Shown piece after piece: positions 12,961 through 26,980 of a DNA stretch of 64,000 nt (position 1 is the first letter of the stretch; every line of letters starts with the position of its first letter). The notes under the pieces were generated by a model. The model was not told where the DNA came from, made no database searches, and saw only the letters and a program-made list of their open reading frames with translations. The translations under genes and the position numbers were made by a program. The stretch comes from Octopus bimaculoides (lineage: Eukaryota): NCBI RefSeq assembly GCF_001194135.2, contig NC_068982.1, positions 40,797,975 through 40,861,974 of the forward strand. Reading direction: 5' to 3'.

Positions 12961-15019
12961 AGTCTATTGTTATGAACAGAAATTATTTTCCATGTATCAC
13001 ATGGCAAATATGAAGTTGATGACTTGGGATAAATGAAAATAAAAAAAAATAGAATGTGGAAGTGCAGCAAAGTACAATAAATAAGATAATAATAAAACAA
13101 ACAGAAGCTGTATATCAAGGAACTTGACATGTAAGAAAGCAGGTTTAAGAATTCTGTTTATTATTTTACTGATGCCAGGTAGAAAAGTAATATAACATTT
13201 CAAATAAAAATCTAAAGTAAAACGTTTTAAAAATCTGCGAAAAACCTCGCTCAATTTGTTGAGAGAAACCAAAATGAAAAATATTTGCAATAAAAATTAC
13301 AGTAAAGTTAGCAATAACAGAAAAATAACAAGGCAAAGTTTAAATAAAATCCAGGACATTATGAAATTTGAAAGTTATGGTAGGAAAAGCCAAACAGAGG
13401 AGAACGAAAGCAATGGCTACGACTCATTCACTCCAATGCTCCACTGTCATGACAATTTTCCATCGCCTTGCTTTCAAGAATATTTTATTGGCTTCTTTTT
13501 CACTACAAAACAAAAAAACAATCTTTTACTTGACGATGACGTCAGGTTTGAAGTATAGTTCTACCTGAAGGAAATGATAATTGGATAAAAAGTCAGATAC
13601 GAAAATGCAATAGATTCACTAACACAATGGTTTGGACAAAAAATAAAGAAGCTGATGACGTTGTAAAAAAAATAAGAAAGGATAAACCAATTATAACCGC
13701 ATGTTGTGAAATGGCAAAAAAACAGAATTAAATACGTAATTAAACAAAGATACTTTAAATACAAAACTAACAGCTGAAAAGTGGGGGAAATGTTAACATC
13801 AGTGGTAGGTATGAAAAGTTATTCACTTAATCCTGAAAATCTCGACAAATGTGAACAGAAAGAAAATAGGAATGCAGGAAGTAGTTGACCTATGTGATAA
13901 ATTAAACGAAAATTATGATATATACCAGATGGTGTATCCAAGCTACAAAAGGTCTTAAGCAGAACGAACATTCGTAGAAGGCACACAGCTAAAAGTTTCT
14001 GCGATAAGAGCCATTGGTATCAGAGTATCTGACTTACTGCGTTTTTCTGAGTGTTGTTTATCGCTGGAAAGCATGAACAATAATCTCTAATAGTGTGAAG
14101 GATGCAATAATACCACTTGTTTACTGATATATTAATGTACTTATGTGTTGTGTGCAGTAGTGAAGTAGTCTAAAAGGAAAACCATAATAGGAAGTTATTC
14201 TAGCATGAATAATTTCAACAATCAATTTAGTATTGAGTGGCTGTATGAATGGATAGGTGTAACTTTTTATTATATACTCTGAAAAAGATTCAACGCACTT
14301 CAGGAAAACACTACTTCAAACTTCATCCCTCTCTCATTCACTGAATACCCTACATCAATTGAGAAGTCCGTTTCATCTTATGGGAGTAATATTTCATGAA
14401 GCATGTAAGAATGTCTCCCAGAGAACTTATCCCTAGCAGGACTCATTCACTCAGTGCTGCTTTGTTCTATATTCAGTTCTTCAAGAATACAAATGTGATG
14501 TGCATATCTGTACGCGTAAGTGTGGTAGGCCTTCGTCTGTTGAGGTCGTCCGTAGACATTGAGCCCTATGCGTGAGTCGCATCAGGGTTGGTGTAGCAAA
14601 TAATATAATGGGGTAGCGAATAAAGTAATAGTAAAAGTAAAGTAATTGTATTAATGTGAATATGTGTAAGCATGTATGTGTTATCATGTATGTATGTCAT
14701 TATTCAGTTTCATTTCAAGATTTCTTGCCAACAGAGAAAGAGCCGGTTTCTAACCCAGATCTAAGGCTCCTTCATTGGAATTTCAACATCAACGGTATGT
14801 TTGTTTGTATGTATGTATGTATGTTTGTATGTATGTATGTATGTATGTATCATCTCAACAGTCACAGTATTAGCGTGAATAATATCATAATTTGATGAAC
14901 CGATGAACAGCCAAATGGACAGTCTTAGTGTACCCGACGGCTAATCCACCTTAGGAGCAAACGTACAGATATGTGTGAGAGTGTGTGTCTTTATATATAT
15001 ATATATGTATGTATGTATG

Positions 15020-15055
<36 letters not shown>

Positions 15056-15404
15056 NNNNNNNNNNNNNNNNNNNNNNNNNNNNNNNNNNNNNNNNNNNNN
15101 NNNNNNNNNNNNNNNNNNNNNNNNNNNNNNNNNNNNNNNNNNNNNNNNNNNNNNNNNNNNNNNNNNNNNNNNNNNNNNNNNNNNNNNNNNNNNNNNNNNN
15201 NNNNNNNNNNNNNNNNNNNNNNNNNNNNNNNNNNNNNNNNNNNNNNNNNNNNNNNNNNNNNNNNNNNNNNNNNNNNNNNNNNNNNNNNNNNNNNNNNNNN
15301 NNNNNNNNNNNNNNNNNNNNNNNNNNNNNNNNNNNNNNNNNNNNNNNNNNNNNNNNNNNNNNNNNNNNNNNNNNNNNNNNNNNNNNNNNNNNNNNNNNNN
15401 NNNN

Positions 15405-15438
<34 letters not shown>

Positions 15439-15464
15439 ACACACACACACACACGCACACACAC

Positions 15465-15565
<101 letters not shown>

Positions 15566-16088
15566 TACATACCGATACATACGCATATAAATTTATCTCT
15601 GAAGATGTATATGTGTTTGTGTTTACAAATGTATTTATCTATGCACATACATATATACGTGTGCGCATGTGTATGTGTGTGTGTGTGTTTGTGTGTGTAT
15701 AAGCATCAACTAATCGATAGATATAAATATGTTGAGATTTGATGTGAATTGTGGCGTAAAACCGGATGCAGCGGTTTACCAGTGACTCAGAAGTGCTTTT
15801 CTTGGTTTACCAACAGAAATTTTAGCTTAGAAGAGATATGTTCATTGGCTGAAACACAAGGCCTGCGTTAGAAAGGTAGAATAAGTGGAAGATATCCGCT
15901 AAACAGAATAAACAATAGTTTGTCCAATACTGAAGCATAATGCTATGTCCAGGAACTTTCCTCAGCTTGTGTTGCCTTTCTATTTGTCTGACTCGTCCAA
16001 TCTCTGCAAAGCAACAAGAAGTAGCGGCGGTGCTTAAAATATTGTAGTATTTTTATGAGGTTTCGCTTGTCTATGATTTACTATTATT

Positions 16089-16506
16089 GGCGAGCTGGCA
16101 GAGTCGTTAGCACGTTGGACGAAAGGCTTAGCAGTATTTCGCCGTCGCTACGTTCGGAGTTCAAATTCCGCCGAGGTCAACTTTGCCCTTCATTCTTTCG
16201 GGGTCGATAAATTAAGTACCAGTTGCGTACTGGGGTCGATGTAATCGACTGCCCCGACAAAAAAATTTCGGGCCTTGTACCTAGAGTAGAAAAGAATCGT
16301 TAGCACACCAGGTAAAATGCTTAGCGGTATTTCGTCCGTCTTCGCGTTCTGAATTCAAATTCCGCCGAGGTCGACTTTGCATTTCATCCTTTTGGGGTTA
16401 ATAAAATTAGTACCAGTTACACACTGAGGTCGATGTAGTCGACTATCCCCCTTCCCCTAAAACATCAGGCCTTTCATCCTTTCGGAGTTGATGAATTGAA
16501 AACCAG
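16089..16506 (+). mobile_element. Tandem array of family A SINE units (one near-full, one 5'-truncated, one short body fragment)
   Basis: Units 16089-16297, about 16293-16470 and about 16469-16506, joined at short homologies AGAAT and GCCTT. Confidence 0.85.
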
Positions 16507-16565
16507 TTTTTCTTATTACTATTAATATTTGTAAAATAATATTTTGCTGGATATGATGGAAATTG

Positions 16566-16650
16566 TCAGCTGTTCATAACCAGCAGACTAAGGTGACACT
16601 TATTCACACCCACAGCTTTCATGCTCGCCGCAGCGCCCTTTCGCTTGACC
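16566..16650 (-). mobile_element. Short Dong/R4-like LINE 3' terminus
   Basis: Shares gtcagctgttca..accag...actaaggt.acac with the LINE end at 17587. Confidence 0.5.
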
Positions 16651-16750
16651 GGGCATACATATATACGTACATATATATGATATATCATATATAAATATAT
16701 ATACGTACATATGCATATATAATATATATATACATACGTACATATATATA

Positions 16751-16790
<40 letters not shown>

Positions 16791-16817
16791 TAATATATAT
16801 ATATATACATACGTACA

Positions 16818-16956
16818 GTGGTTCGGCAAAAGAGACCGATAGAATAAGTACCAGGCATCCAAAGAATAAGTCATGGGGTCGATTTGCTCGACTAAAGGCG
16901 GTGCTCCAGCATGGCCGCAGTGAAATGACTGAAACAAGTAAAAGAGTAAAAGAGTA
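16818..16956 (+). mobile_element. Family B SINE 3' tail
   Basis: ggcggtgctccagcatggccgcag..gactgaaacaagtaaaagagtaaaagag. Confidence 0.9.
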
Positions 16957-17586
16957 TACGTATATATATATATATATATATACCTGAGTAAAGAGCTTGT
17001 TTCTTGTGAAATTATGGTTTAATTACAGCGTACTGCGACATAGCTAGTAATCCAGGTATTCAATGATAATTATACGTTTGTGGAGATTTTACAGTAAAAA
17101 TAAATCCCTCCGAAGTTTGCCGAAACCACTTGAGACATCTTGCTACTTGTTTACGGCTACAGAGTATGTAAAATTATACACAAGAATATAATATCAGTGT
17201 AAATATTTCAGCGAAGAACTTACAGATATAGAGAACATCCATATTTCTGAGTTGAAAGGCGTATGAGTGTGTGTGTGTACATAGGGAACAGCTGTTCTTT
17301 CAGACATTGCATTGTATTAAATACACAAATGTGTTCGAATCTAATCTTCACGCTGCTCTGCGATCACTTTGATACCTGACGCGTGGTACACCATGCACCT
17401 GTTCAGGCAACGTGGATATGATGGAGGAGTCAGCTAATGTACAGCGCAAACATGTGATCACTATAAACAAATCGTTTGTGTAGGTCGTCGGCAAAAACTG
17501 AACGTTCATACGTCGTCTTCGACGGGAGAGTCCATCATATTATTATCATTTCCTTTGCACAGCTTCTAACGCTGGAGATGTACTAT

Positions 17587-17991
17587 GGTGTCAGCTGTTC
17601 ACTACCAGTGAACTAAGGTAACACCTTTTATTTTTCGAGCACCTTCCTTGTGGTATCAAGCACAGGACAAAGATGCCCCTCCTAATCTCTACTGTCCCTA
17701 AACTTCTTCCGTATGCTGTCAGGTCCGTCCTCCAATTCGCCATACTTTTTCCAAGCAATCGCTCAATATTTGATGCAACATCAAATAGGTTCATACACTC
17801 CGTAATCCAAGAATGTGGGATCATATCGTACGCCTTACGATAGTCAATCCATAACATGGCTAAATTACTTCTTCTCCTCTTGCAGTCTCTAAGTACAGTT
17901 TTGTCTATTAGGAGTTGATCCTTGGTACCTCTGCACTTACGCTTGCAACCCTTCTGCTCATGTGGTAGAAGGGTTGTAGTCGATCTGTAAA
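17587..17991 (-). mobile_element. Internally deleted Dong/R4-like LINE (RT N-terminal domains joined to the ORF C-terminus)
   Basis: [24 protein letters not shown]...[19 protein letters not shown]...IRRGIF is followed by the frame-shifted [10 protein letters not shown] and a 3' UTR. Confidence 0.85.
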
Positions 17992-18243
17992 TACCAGAGG
18001 TGAATTTTCCAAACCCCAAAGAATTCCTCTCAATACATGGTTATGATGCTCCCCCACTACTTCTGCACATATTGTCATCCACGAAGGGACATACTCAACT
18101 GGTTAAGGTCAAACAACTGACAAGCAATTTTGTGGTATTGAGCAGAATATTTGCTGTAGTCCATCTTTTATACCAAGACAAAACAACGTACATTATAACA
18201 CTTCCAATCAGTTAAGATCAAAAGCCATGAGAGCCGCTGCCTG
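17992..18243 (-). mobile_element. Unclassified interspersed repeat (family F), partial copy
   Basis: Reverse-complement match to about 43820-44060; abuts an (AAT)n run. Confidence 0.8.
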
Positions 18244-18280
18244 ATTATTATTATCATTATTATTGTTGTTGTTGTTATTA

Positions 18281-18319
<39 letters not shown>

Positions 18320-18599
18320 GCGTAGTTGCACATTTCCCTTTTACTCCTTCGTGTTTAAACCGGTACAATAGTTTTCATAAGTCCATTAACGTTTCAACAC
18401 TTTCTTCACTCCATCATTTGAATGAAATATCCGTAGTACTGGCATACTGGCATGAAATCTGCGCGCTTTGCAGTAGGTTACGAAGGATCTTGGGCAGCTG
18501 CTATAGGTGATGATATCAAAATGCCAGTTTTAAAATTCTTCAGCAGCTAACTCCTGACGTATATCTGATAAGATTTTTAGTTTATATTTTACAATCTAA

Positions 18600-18960
18600 A
18601 AAGCTTATATAGTTAATCTCGTTTTATTTTATTTATTTTTCTTTGTGTATATGGGGTGGGATGTCTGTATAGTACGTAGCGCTATTGAGAAATGTTTTGT
18701 TTTTTTAATTTTGCTTCACCTGCTGTTTGATTATGTCCTGTTATAGCTTCTTGTAAATGCATAATCAAACCCCGGAAAAGTGTCGTATAAGAGTGTCCGA
18801 TGTAACAGTTTGCGTCATGAAGTTTACTACTTAAAGGTTTACATCTAGATTTATATATTACATTAGTTGTGTGAAGTATGCTTTATGACTGGCAAGTTTG
18901 TGGTTTCGTGCTGATGAGAAAGACCATGTTTATGTGTGGTACATGTCTTCTTTTAATGGT
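18600..18960 (-). mobile_element. Penelope-like GIY-YIG endonuclease remnant
   Basis: NVIYKSRCKP...NCYIGHSYTTLFRGLIMHLQE matches the VIY...YIG..TTL.RRL.MH pattern. Confidence 0.7.
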
Positions 18961-19270
18961 CCTTTCATGTAAATTAAGTGCACTTTGTCCATGAAAAATA
19001 TATGGGCGGTTTGCGTGTTATTGCAGTGTGCTGAATATGTTGTAATTGTGTGGGTGAATTTGTTGTATTGTTATAGGACTTCACCTCTGTTGGTGTCCAT
19101 TATTAACTAATATTTACTTTACTCGTTAAATTTCCTTTATTTATAGCTTCTGTTGTGGACGAGAATTTAAAGCTTGACTAGGGTGTGACTACAGAGAATT
19201 TGTGTTTATGAGGAAACTCACTATCACCGCGTTTCTATCGGCATTTGTTTGCGCGCGTGCGTGTATGTTT

Positions 19271-19329
<59 letters not shown>

Positions 19330-19864
19330 TAGTATTATCTATTCTGTCTCCTATCCATGTATTTATATTTAAGAATGAGTTGGCGTTGCGGTCTGAATTT
19401 GTACTAGAAACGTGTTGAATTGTAAGTTTAAAGACGAAATTGTTTTCGAGAGCTTTTGTTTGTCTATCCGTCTATTCTTCCTTAACTGTGATGCAGATAA
19501 TGTGGTCTTGATTGAAATTATTTTTTTCTTTTTCACGTCAGCTACATGAAATGTCACGAAATTTAGCCAATACGGAGAACTCAGTAACTCCGAACCTCTG
19601 CATGTACAGATCCTCTAAATAAGCTTTATATAAGGAATTTTTCTGGGTGAAATAAATAATAATGGGTACTCAATATTTACAAGTTTATAAGTCTAGGAAC
19701 AGGATAAACTCCACTTCTCTGGCCAGTGTTATCTGGAAGTTCAGAGGCCAAGAACATAACTTCCTTCCTATAATTTGGAACATCATCGGCAGAGTTCTTT
19801 CATATTTTAATTATTTAGGCAACTGTATATTATGTCTGTCTAAATAGACACATATATACGTGTG

Positions 19865-19933
<69 letters not shown>

Positions 19934-19944
19934 NNNNNNNNNNC

Positions 19945-20033
19945 TAGGCACCAGGCCCGAAATTTTGAGGGAGGGGCCCAGTCGATTAGATCGACCTCAG
20001 TACGTAACTGGTACTTAATTTATCGACCCCGAA
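19945..20033 (-). mobile_element. Family A SINE 3' half
   Basis: Body and tail identical in pattern to other family A copies. Confidence 0.8.
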
Positions 20034-20095
20034 GAGTACATATAGGGGAGCGTATATGTGTTTGCTTGTATTTTTATAGTTAAGTATTCACGAAC

Positions 20096-20146
<51 letters not shown>

Positions 20147-21536
20147 GTGTATGTGCGTGTATATACATGTAGGTATATTGTTTATGAAAAAATCCTATTG
20201 AGTTCTGTGATGACAATTTCTCTTTTAATCATGGATGTGTGTAACTATACATTTAAACTCTTTTCTAAATAAAGATACATTTCATGTTAAGGTTCTGGTG
20301 AAGCTAAAATATATCGCACAGGTACTCAATCCTAGGGGCACATTTCCTTATAATTGGAACAAGTGTAAGCTAATGAGTGTGATTACGTAATTCCTATTCT
20401 TTTGTTATTTATTTATTAATATATATATATATATGTAAGCACGCGCACACACACACAGAACACATGCATACTTTCTATCTGTTCACAAACTGAAAGCGAA
20501 ACTATTGACATCATTTGGTTAGTCCAGGCGAGCGTATCGAATAGTCATTCAAATTTTTTCGTTTCCTTTTTTTTTTTTTTTTTTTTCAAACATTTCTTCG
20601 AATTCCTGTTTTCGATAACGGATATTACAATTTTGCCAAGAAAAAAAAAACTTAATTTACATCCACCNNNNNNNNNNNNNNNNNNNNNNNNNNNNNNNNN
20701 NNNNNNNNNNNNNNNNNNNNNNNNNNNNNNNNNNNNNNNNNNNNNNNNNNNNNNNNNNNNNNNNNNNNNNNNNNNNNNNNNNNNNNNNNNNNNNNNNNNN
20801 NNNNNNNNNNNNNNNNNNNNNNNNNNNNNNNNNNNNNNNNNNNNNNNNNNNNNNNNNNNNNNNNNNNNNNNNNNNNNNNNNNNNNNNNNNNNNNNNNNNN
20901 NNNNNNNNNNNNNNNNNNNNNNNNNNNNNNNNNNNNNNNNNNNNNNNNNNNNNNNNNNNNNNNNNNNNNNNNNNNNNNNNNNNNNNNNNNNNNNNNNNNN
21001 NNNNNNNNNNNNNNNNNNNNNNNNNNNNNNNNNNNNNNNNNNNNNNNNNNNNNNNNNNNNNNNNNNNNNNNNNNNNNNNNNNNNNNNNNNNNNNNNNNNN
21101 NNNNNNNNNNNNNNNNNNNNNNNNNNNNNNNNNNNNNNNNNNNNNNNNNNNNNNNNNNNNNNNNNNNNNNNNNNNNNNNNNNNNNNNNNNNNNNNNNNNN
21201 NNNNNNNNNNNNNNNNNNNNNNNNNNNNNNNNNNNNNNNNNNNNNNNNNNNNNNNNNNNNNNNNNNNNNNNNNNNNNNNNNNNNNNNNNNNNNNNNNNNN
21301 NNNNNNNNNNNNNNNNNNNNNNNNNNNNNNNNNNNNNNNNNNNNNNNNNNNNNNNNNNNNNNNNNNNNNNNNNNNNNNNNNNNNNNNNNNNNNNNNNNNN
21401 NNNNNNNNNNNNNNNNNNNNNNNNNNNNNNNNNNNNNNNNNNNNNNNNNNNNNNNNNNNNNNNNNNNNNNNNNNNNNNNNNNNNNNNNNNNNNNNNNNNN
21501 NNNNNNNNNNCCTATTCTTTTGTTATTTATTTATTA

Positions 21537-21568
<32 letters not shown>

Positions 21569-22205
21569 GCATATGTATGTTTGTATTGTGTGTGTGTGTG
21601 TGTGTGTGTGTTTTCCGTTTTCCTCTGCCTCTCTATATAAGTCAAATAGGTGCAATACCTGCAGGTAAGAAATAAAACAATGTCTGTACACCATAGACTA
21701 CATACAGGGGGATAGGCGGAGGTAGGTTGGTGGATGGGCTTTTGGGGCGAATCATCATCATTATTATTATGCATGACGTCACAGTCGCTTTCACTTGTTA
21801 TTTAACAACTACATTTACCTGTATTGAACATAAACCGATACTAGTATTATATATAGTATGGTGTATAGATTCGTTACGCCATAATTTTTACTTCAACACT
21901 CTACTGAATGTGGAAACATTTTTCAGAAACCATATCGATAAACATTAAAACGACGTGCTTTTCATTCACCTCTTTCTTTCTCTCTTTCTTTCTTTTCTTT
22001 CTTTCGTTCTTCTTGTTTCTCTTTCCTTCTATTCTGTTTTTTTTTTCTTTATTCTCCTTTGTTGCTTATTTAGTGTTGTTTGTTTCAGGGAATTTTTCTT
22101 ATTTGTTTAACATTTTTGGTGGTCAGGGGATTTTTCATATTTGTTTAACATTTTTGGTGGTAAAATATTCATTAGTAATCATCATCATAAACATCATCAT
22201 CATCA

Positions 22206-22271
<66 letters not shown>

Positions 22272-22829
22272 NNNNNNNNNNNNNNNNNNNNNNNNNNNNN
22301 NNNNNNNNNNNNNNNNNNNNNNNNNNNNNNNNNNNNNNNNNNNNNNNNNNNNNNNNNNNNNNNNNNNNNNNNNNNNNNNNNNNNNNNNNNNNNNNNNNNN
22401 NNNNNNNNNNNNNNNNNNNNNNNNNNNNNNNNNNNNNNNNNNNNNNNNNNNNNNNNNNNNNNNNNNNNNNNNNNNNNNNNNNNNNNNNNNNNNNNNNNNN
22501 NNNNNNNNNNNNNNNNNNNNNNNNNNNNNNNNNNNNNNNNNNNNNNNNNNNNNNNNNNNNNNNNNNNNNNNNNNNNNNNNNNNNNNNNNNNNNNNNNNNN
22601 NNNNNNNNNNNNNNNNNNNNNNNNNNNNNNNNNNNNNNNNNNNNNNNNNNNNNNNNNNNNNNNNNNNNNNNNNNNNNNNNNNTACTATGTATAAATCCTT
22701 TCTTTTTCGGTGTATACCGTGTATACATTTTTTTTCATCATTTCATAATATATAAACCTCAATACTTTATGTCTGTCTTTGTATTGCATCCCCCCTCACC
22801 TTTCGCCCTTGTGGCAAAGAAATGAAATT

Positions 22830-22838
22830 ATCATCATT

Positions 22839-22882
<44 letters not shown>

Positions 22883-22901
22883 TATCATCATCATTATCAT
22901 C

Positions 22902-22933
<32 letters not shown>

Positions 22934-23112
22934 CATTATTATTAGACACACAGCGTTTAAGAATCGGCGACATGTGACGTTTCCAGCATTCCAGGCCGTC
23001 ATTGCTTTCCGCAATTAATTCGTTGTATGACCATCGTCATCATCATCGTCGTAGTAGTCATCGTAGACGTCGTCATCATCATCATCACCATTATCATCAT
23101 TACACCACGACC

Positions 23113-23144
<32 letters not shown>

Positions 23145-24590
23145 CAACAACAGCAACAGCAAGAACCATCCATCATCGTTAGCCATGTTCTTCATCATCG
23201 TCATGATCATAAATATTTATTCCATCTGTCTTTATCGTCTTTCTCATCATTTTGCATTCCCTCTTCATCATCATCATCATCATCGACAGCAGCAGCAGCA
23301 GCGGCAGTAGCATCCCAACACCTTCTTCAATTATCGTCATTCAATACGCCTTTGTCATCGTTGTCGTCATCATTCTTATTGTCATCCACGTTGTCACCAA
23401 CATTAACATCATCTTCATCATATTGTCCACCTTCAACCTTATCGTTGCCATCATCATCATTACCCCACCCCTCCACCATCACCACCACCACCACCGCAAA
23501 TATCATCATCATCATCGTCGTCGTCATCATCATTACCACCACCCCTACCACCACCACCACCACCGGAACTATCATAAGTAACAGCAGTAGCAGCATGGTC
23601 AATGCTAAACCATTCTTTTTAAATACCCAACACCGCCGCCACCATCACCACCACCACCGCGTTTCTTTTCTTCCAATATCGTCACCCTGACCCATCGATA
23701 ACATTTTGTCATATTTAATGGTGCTGTTATCGGTTCTGTGTCGAAATCTCATACCATCGAAACAGCAGTAGCCGTTATCGTCGAAGTTTTAGGCGTGGCT
23801 GTTGTTTTGGTCGCGGTCGCAGTAGTAGATGTTGCTGTGGCGGTGGTAGTGGTCGTGTTTGTGTTTGTGGTTGTTGTCGTGGTTATAGCTGAGTTTGGAC
23901 TTGTGACTAAGTTCGAGGTTGTGGTTGTGGTTATGGTAGTAGTTGTAGTTGTGGTCGTAGTCGTGGTTGTGGTCATAGTTGTCGTCATGGTCATGGTCGT
24001 AGTGGTGATAGGGGTTGTGGTCGCGGTCATAGTTCTGGTTGTAGCCATAGTTGCGGCGATAATCAGAGTTGTGGTCTGGTTCATAGTCTTCATTGCGATT
24101 GTGATTATAATTGCGACAATGGTTGTGAGTGTAGCTGTGGTCGTTGTTTTGGTCATAGTTGTGGTTATGGTCATAGTTGTGGTCGTGGCGTGATCAACGT
24201 TGTCATTGTGGCGTGATCATAGTTGTGATTATGATCACAGTTGCAGTTATGGTCATAGCCGTGGTCCGACTCGTGGTTGTGATCGTGTTTGTGATCGACG
24301 TTTTGGTCGTGCTTATTGTCGTAGTTGCGATAGTGGTCATAGTTGTGATTGCGATCGTGACTGCCGTTGTGGTCGTAGATGTGATCGTGATTGTGACCAT
24401 AGCTGTAGTCGTGGCTATGGTCGTAGTCGAGGTCGTAGTCGTGGTTATTGTCGTTGTCAAATTCCTAGTTGTGATCGTGGTCGTAGTTGTGGTCGTACAC
24501 GTGATCATTGTCAAATCTGTGATCATCATCATCATCATCGTCGTCGTCGTCATCACCGCCTTCGTGGTCGACGTCATCATTCACTGTCAA
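22830..24590. repeat. About 1.75-kb degenerate triplet-periodic low-complexity block with strand-polarity switch
   Basis: CAT/CAC/AAC triplets at 22830-23690, then GTG/GTC/GTT triplets at 23760-24520; yields poly-Thr, poly-Val and poly-His ORFs. Confidence 0.9.
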
Positions 24591-24955
24591 TGCCGACTTC
24601 TAACAACAACGCCTACACAATATCTGTTGGAATTCACTAAGCACGCTGTCTCTTCATTAAGTGTCATCTCTACTATCGAATTTTTACTTAAGAAATCAAT
24701 GAGAGAAAGAATAAATGAATAAATGAATAAATGAATGCAAGAATAAGTGAATGAATAGATAGATAGAAAGATGGAGAGGTGGGTAGGTGGACAGGTGGAC
24801 CGATTGATGAATGAAGGAGGAAAGGAATAAGCGAGTTCATGACAAAAGGAATGGAGGAATAGAAGAATGAAGGAATGACAGTTCGTTTTTTATGGTTCCC
24901 TCGAGATCCTGTTGCAGCAAAAATATATTTTAGGATTCAGTTTAGCTTACAACTA

Positions 24956-25007
<52 letters not shown>

Positions 25008-25394
25008 ATGTGTGTGTGTGTGTGTGCACGTATGTGTGAGCGTGTATATATAGTATATATATATAAATCGTTACACATACACACACCAACATATATGTAT
25101 GCATACACATGCATACACATATACATATTTGCATATTTATATGCAAATATGCAAGCATGTGTGTGTGTACGTGGGTGTATATGTGTGGGGGTGGACGTGT
25201 GTGTGAGTGTGTCTGTGTGTATGCGTATATATATGCGTGTGAGTGAGTGTAGTTGTACAGTATGTGTACGTCGTTTCACACACAAATACACACACATATA
25301 TATATATATACATATATATACATTTTTGCATACGTATATGCAAATATATAAGTATGCAAATATACAAGTGCGCGCGCGTGTATGTACGTGTATG

Positions 25395-25435
<41 letters not shown>

Positions 25436-25853
25436 CAGACTAAGGAGAAAGTGAATTGACATGTTTTACGGTTACATCATTAGAGAAGCATCCGCAATTG
25501 TTCGAAAAACTTTACCATAATATTCTTTTGTGCAGTGTTGGCAATTACGTCCTCGCGCGCGCGAACGCGAAATATATCTTTTATAGCTTTTTGTTTTTGC
25601 TGCTGTTGNNNNNNNNNNNNNNNNNNNNNNNNNNNNNNNNNNNNNNNNNNNNNNNNNNNNNNNNNNNNNNNNNNNNNNNNNNNNNNNNNNNNNNNNNNNN
25701 NNNNNNNNNNNNNNNNNNNNNNNNNNNNNNNNNNNNNNNNNNNNNNNNNNNNNNNNNNNNNNNNNNNNNNNNNNNNNNNNNNNNNNNNNNNNNNNNNNNN
25801 NNNNNNNNNNNNNNNNNNNNNNNNNNNNNNNNNNNNNNNNNNNNNNNNNNNNN

Positions 25854-25950
<97 letters not shown>

Positions 25951-26030
25951 CATATACTTATGTATACATGCACATGCTTGTAGATAAATGTGTGTATGTA
26001 TACATAGAAACACATACATATATAAGCATA

Positions 26031-26363
26031 TGTGGTAAGTAGCTTGCTTACAGCCACATGGTTCTGAGTCAGTCCTTCTGTGTGGCACTTTGGGCAAGTG
26101 TCTTCTACTATAGTCTCGGGCCGACCAAAGCCTTGTGAGTGGATTTGGTAGACGGAAACTGAAAGAAACTTGTTGTATGTGTGTGTGTGTGTGTGTGTCC
26201 CCTCCTCCAACATCACTTGACAACCGATGTTGGTTCGGCAAAAGAGACCGATAGAATTAGTACTAGGCTTACAAAGAATAAGTCCTGGGGTCGATCTGTT
26301 CGACTAAAGGCGGTGCTCCAGCATGGCCGCTGTCAAATAACTGAAACAAATAAAAGAATAAAA
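26031..26363 (+). mobile_element. Family B SINE, near full length
   Basis: tRNA-like head, ctttgggcaagtgtc CORE-like motif, central (GT)n and canonical tail. Confidence 0.9.
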
Positions 26364-26980
26364 TAATATATACACCCACACACCGTACATACATACAATG
26401 TATATTCTATATATATACACACACATACGTGTGTGTGCGTGTAGTCATTGACATTATGCAGTAAGATTGTTAGCACGACGAAGTATTGTCTGGGAAATTT
26501 ATAGGCGTCATTTTAAAGAAGATATTAATGATTAGACGTAACAAGTGCTGTAACGTTTTATGAGTGTTTTTTGACGACGAAACGTTAGTGGATTGGCTCT
26601 TGTTTATCGCTCCCAAGTGAGTGGTTTATAAAGTTTGTCCTTATTTAATAGATTGTTGGTCAATTTATTCTCAAAGATTGTTGCGCGTAAGTTTAATAAA
26701 TCGAAAGAGAAATGTCTTTGCCACTACCTTCTTCCCATCTCTCTTGGTGTGTGCAATTCTGTTTCTGCGTAACTAACAATGTGTGAGCATTATGTGTGTA
26801 GCTACTTGTTAAAATTTTAATCCTGTTTAATATTTGAAATGCAAACTCATGAAGTTCCACATAAATACTGACACCCCTCGCCTGCACGTTTACGAACATG
26901 CACATGCACGCATGCTCACAGACACATATACACATGTATGCTATTTTTGGCTTATACTATTAAACTAAGTGGGGATATCT

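Noticed and set aside
20394-21549. Duplicated cctattcttttgttatttatttattaatatata at both sides of a gap
   Set aside because: Gap-associated, probably an assembly or haplotype artefact.
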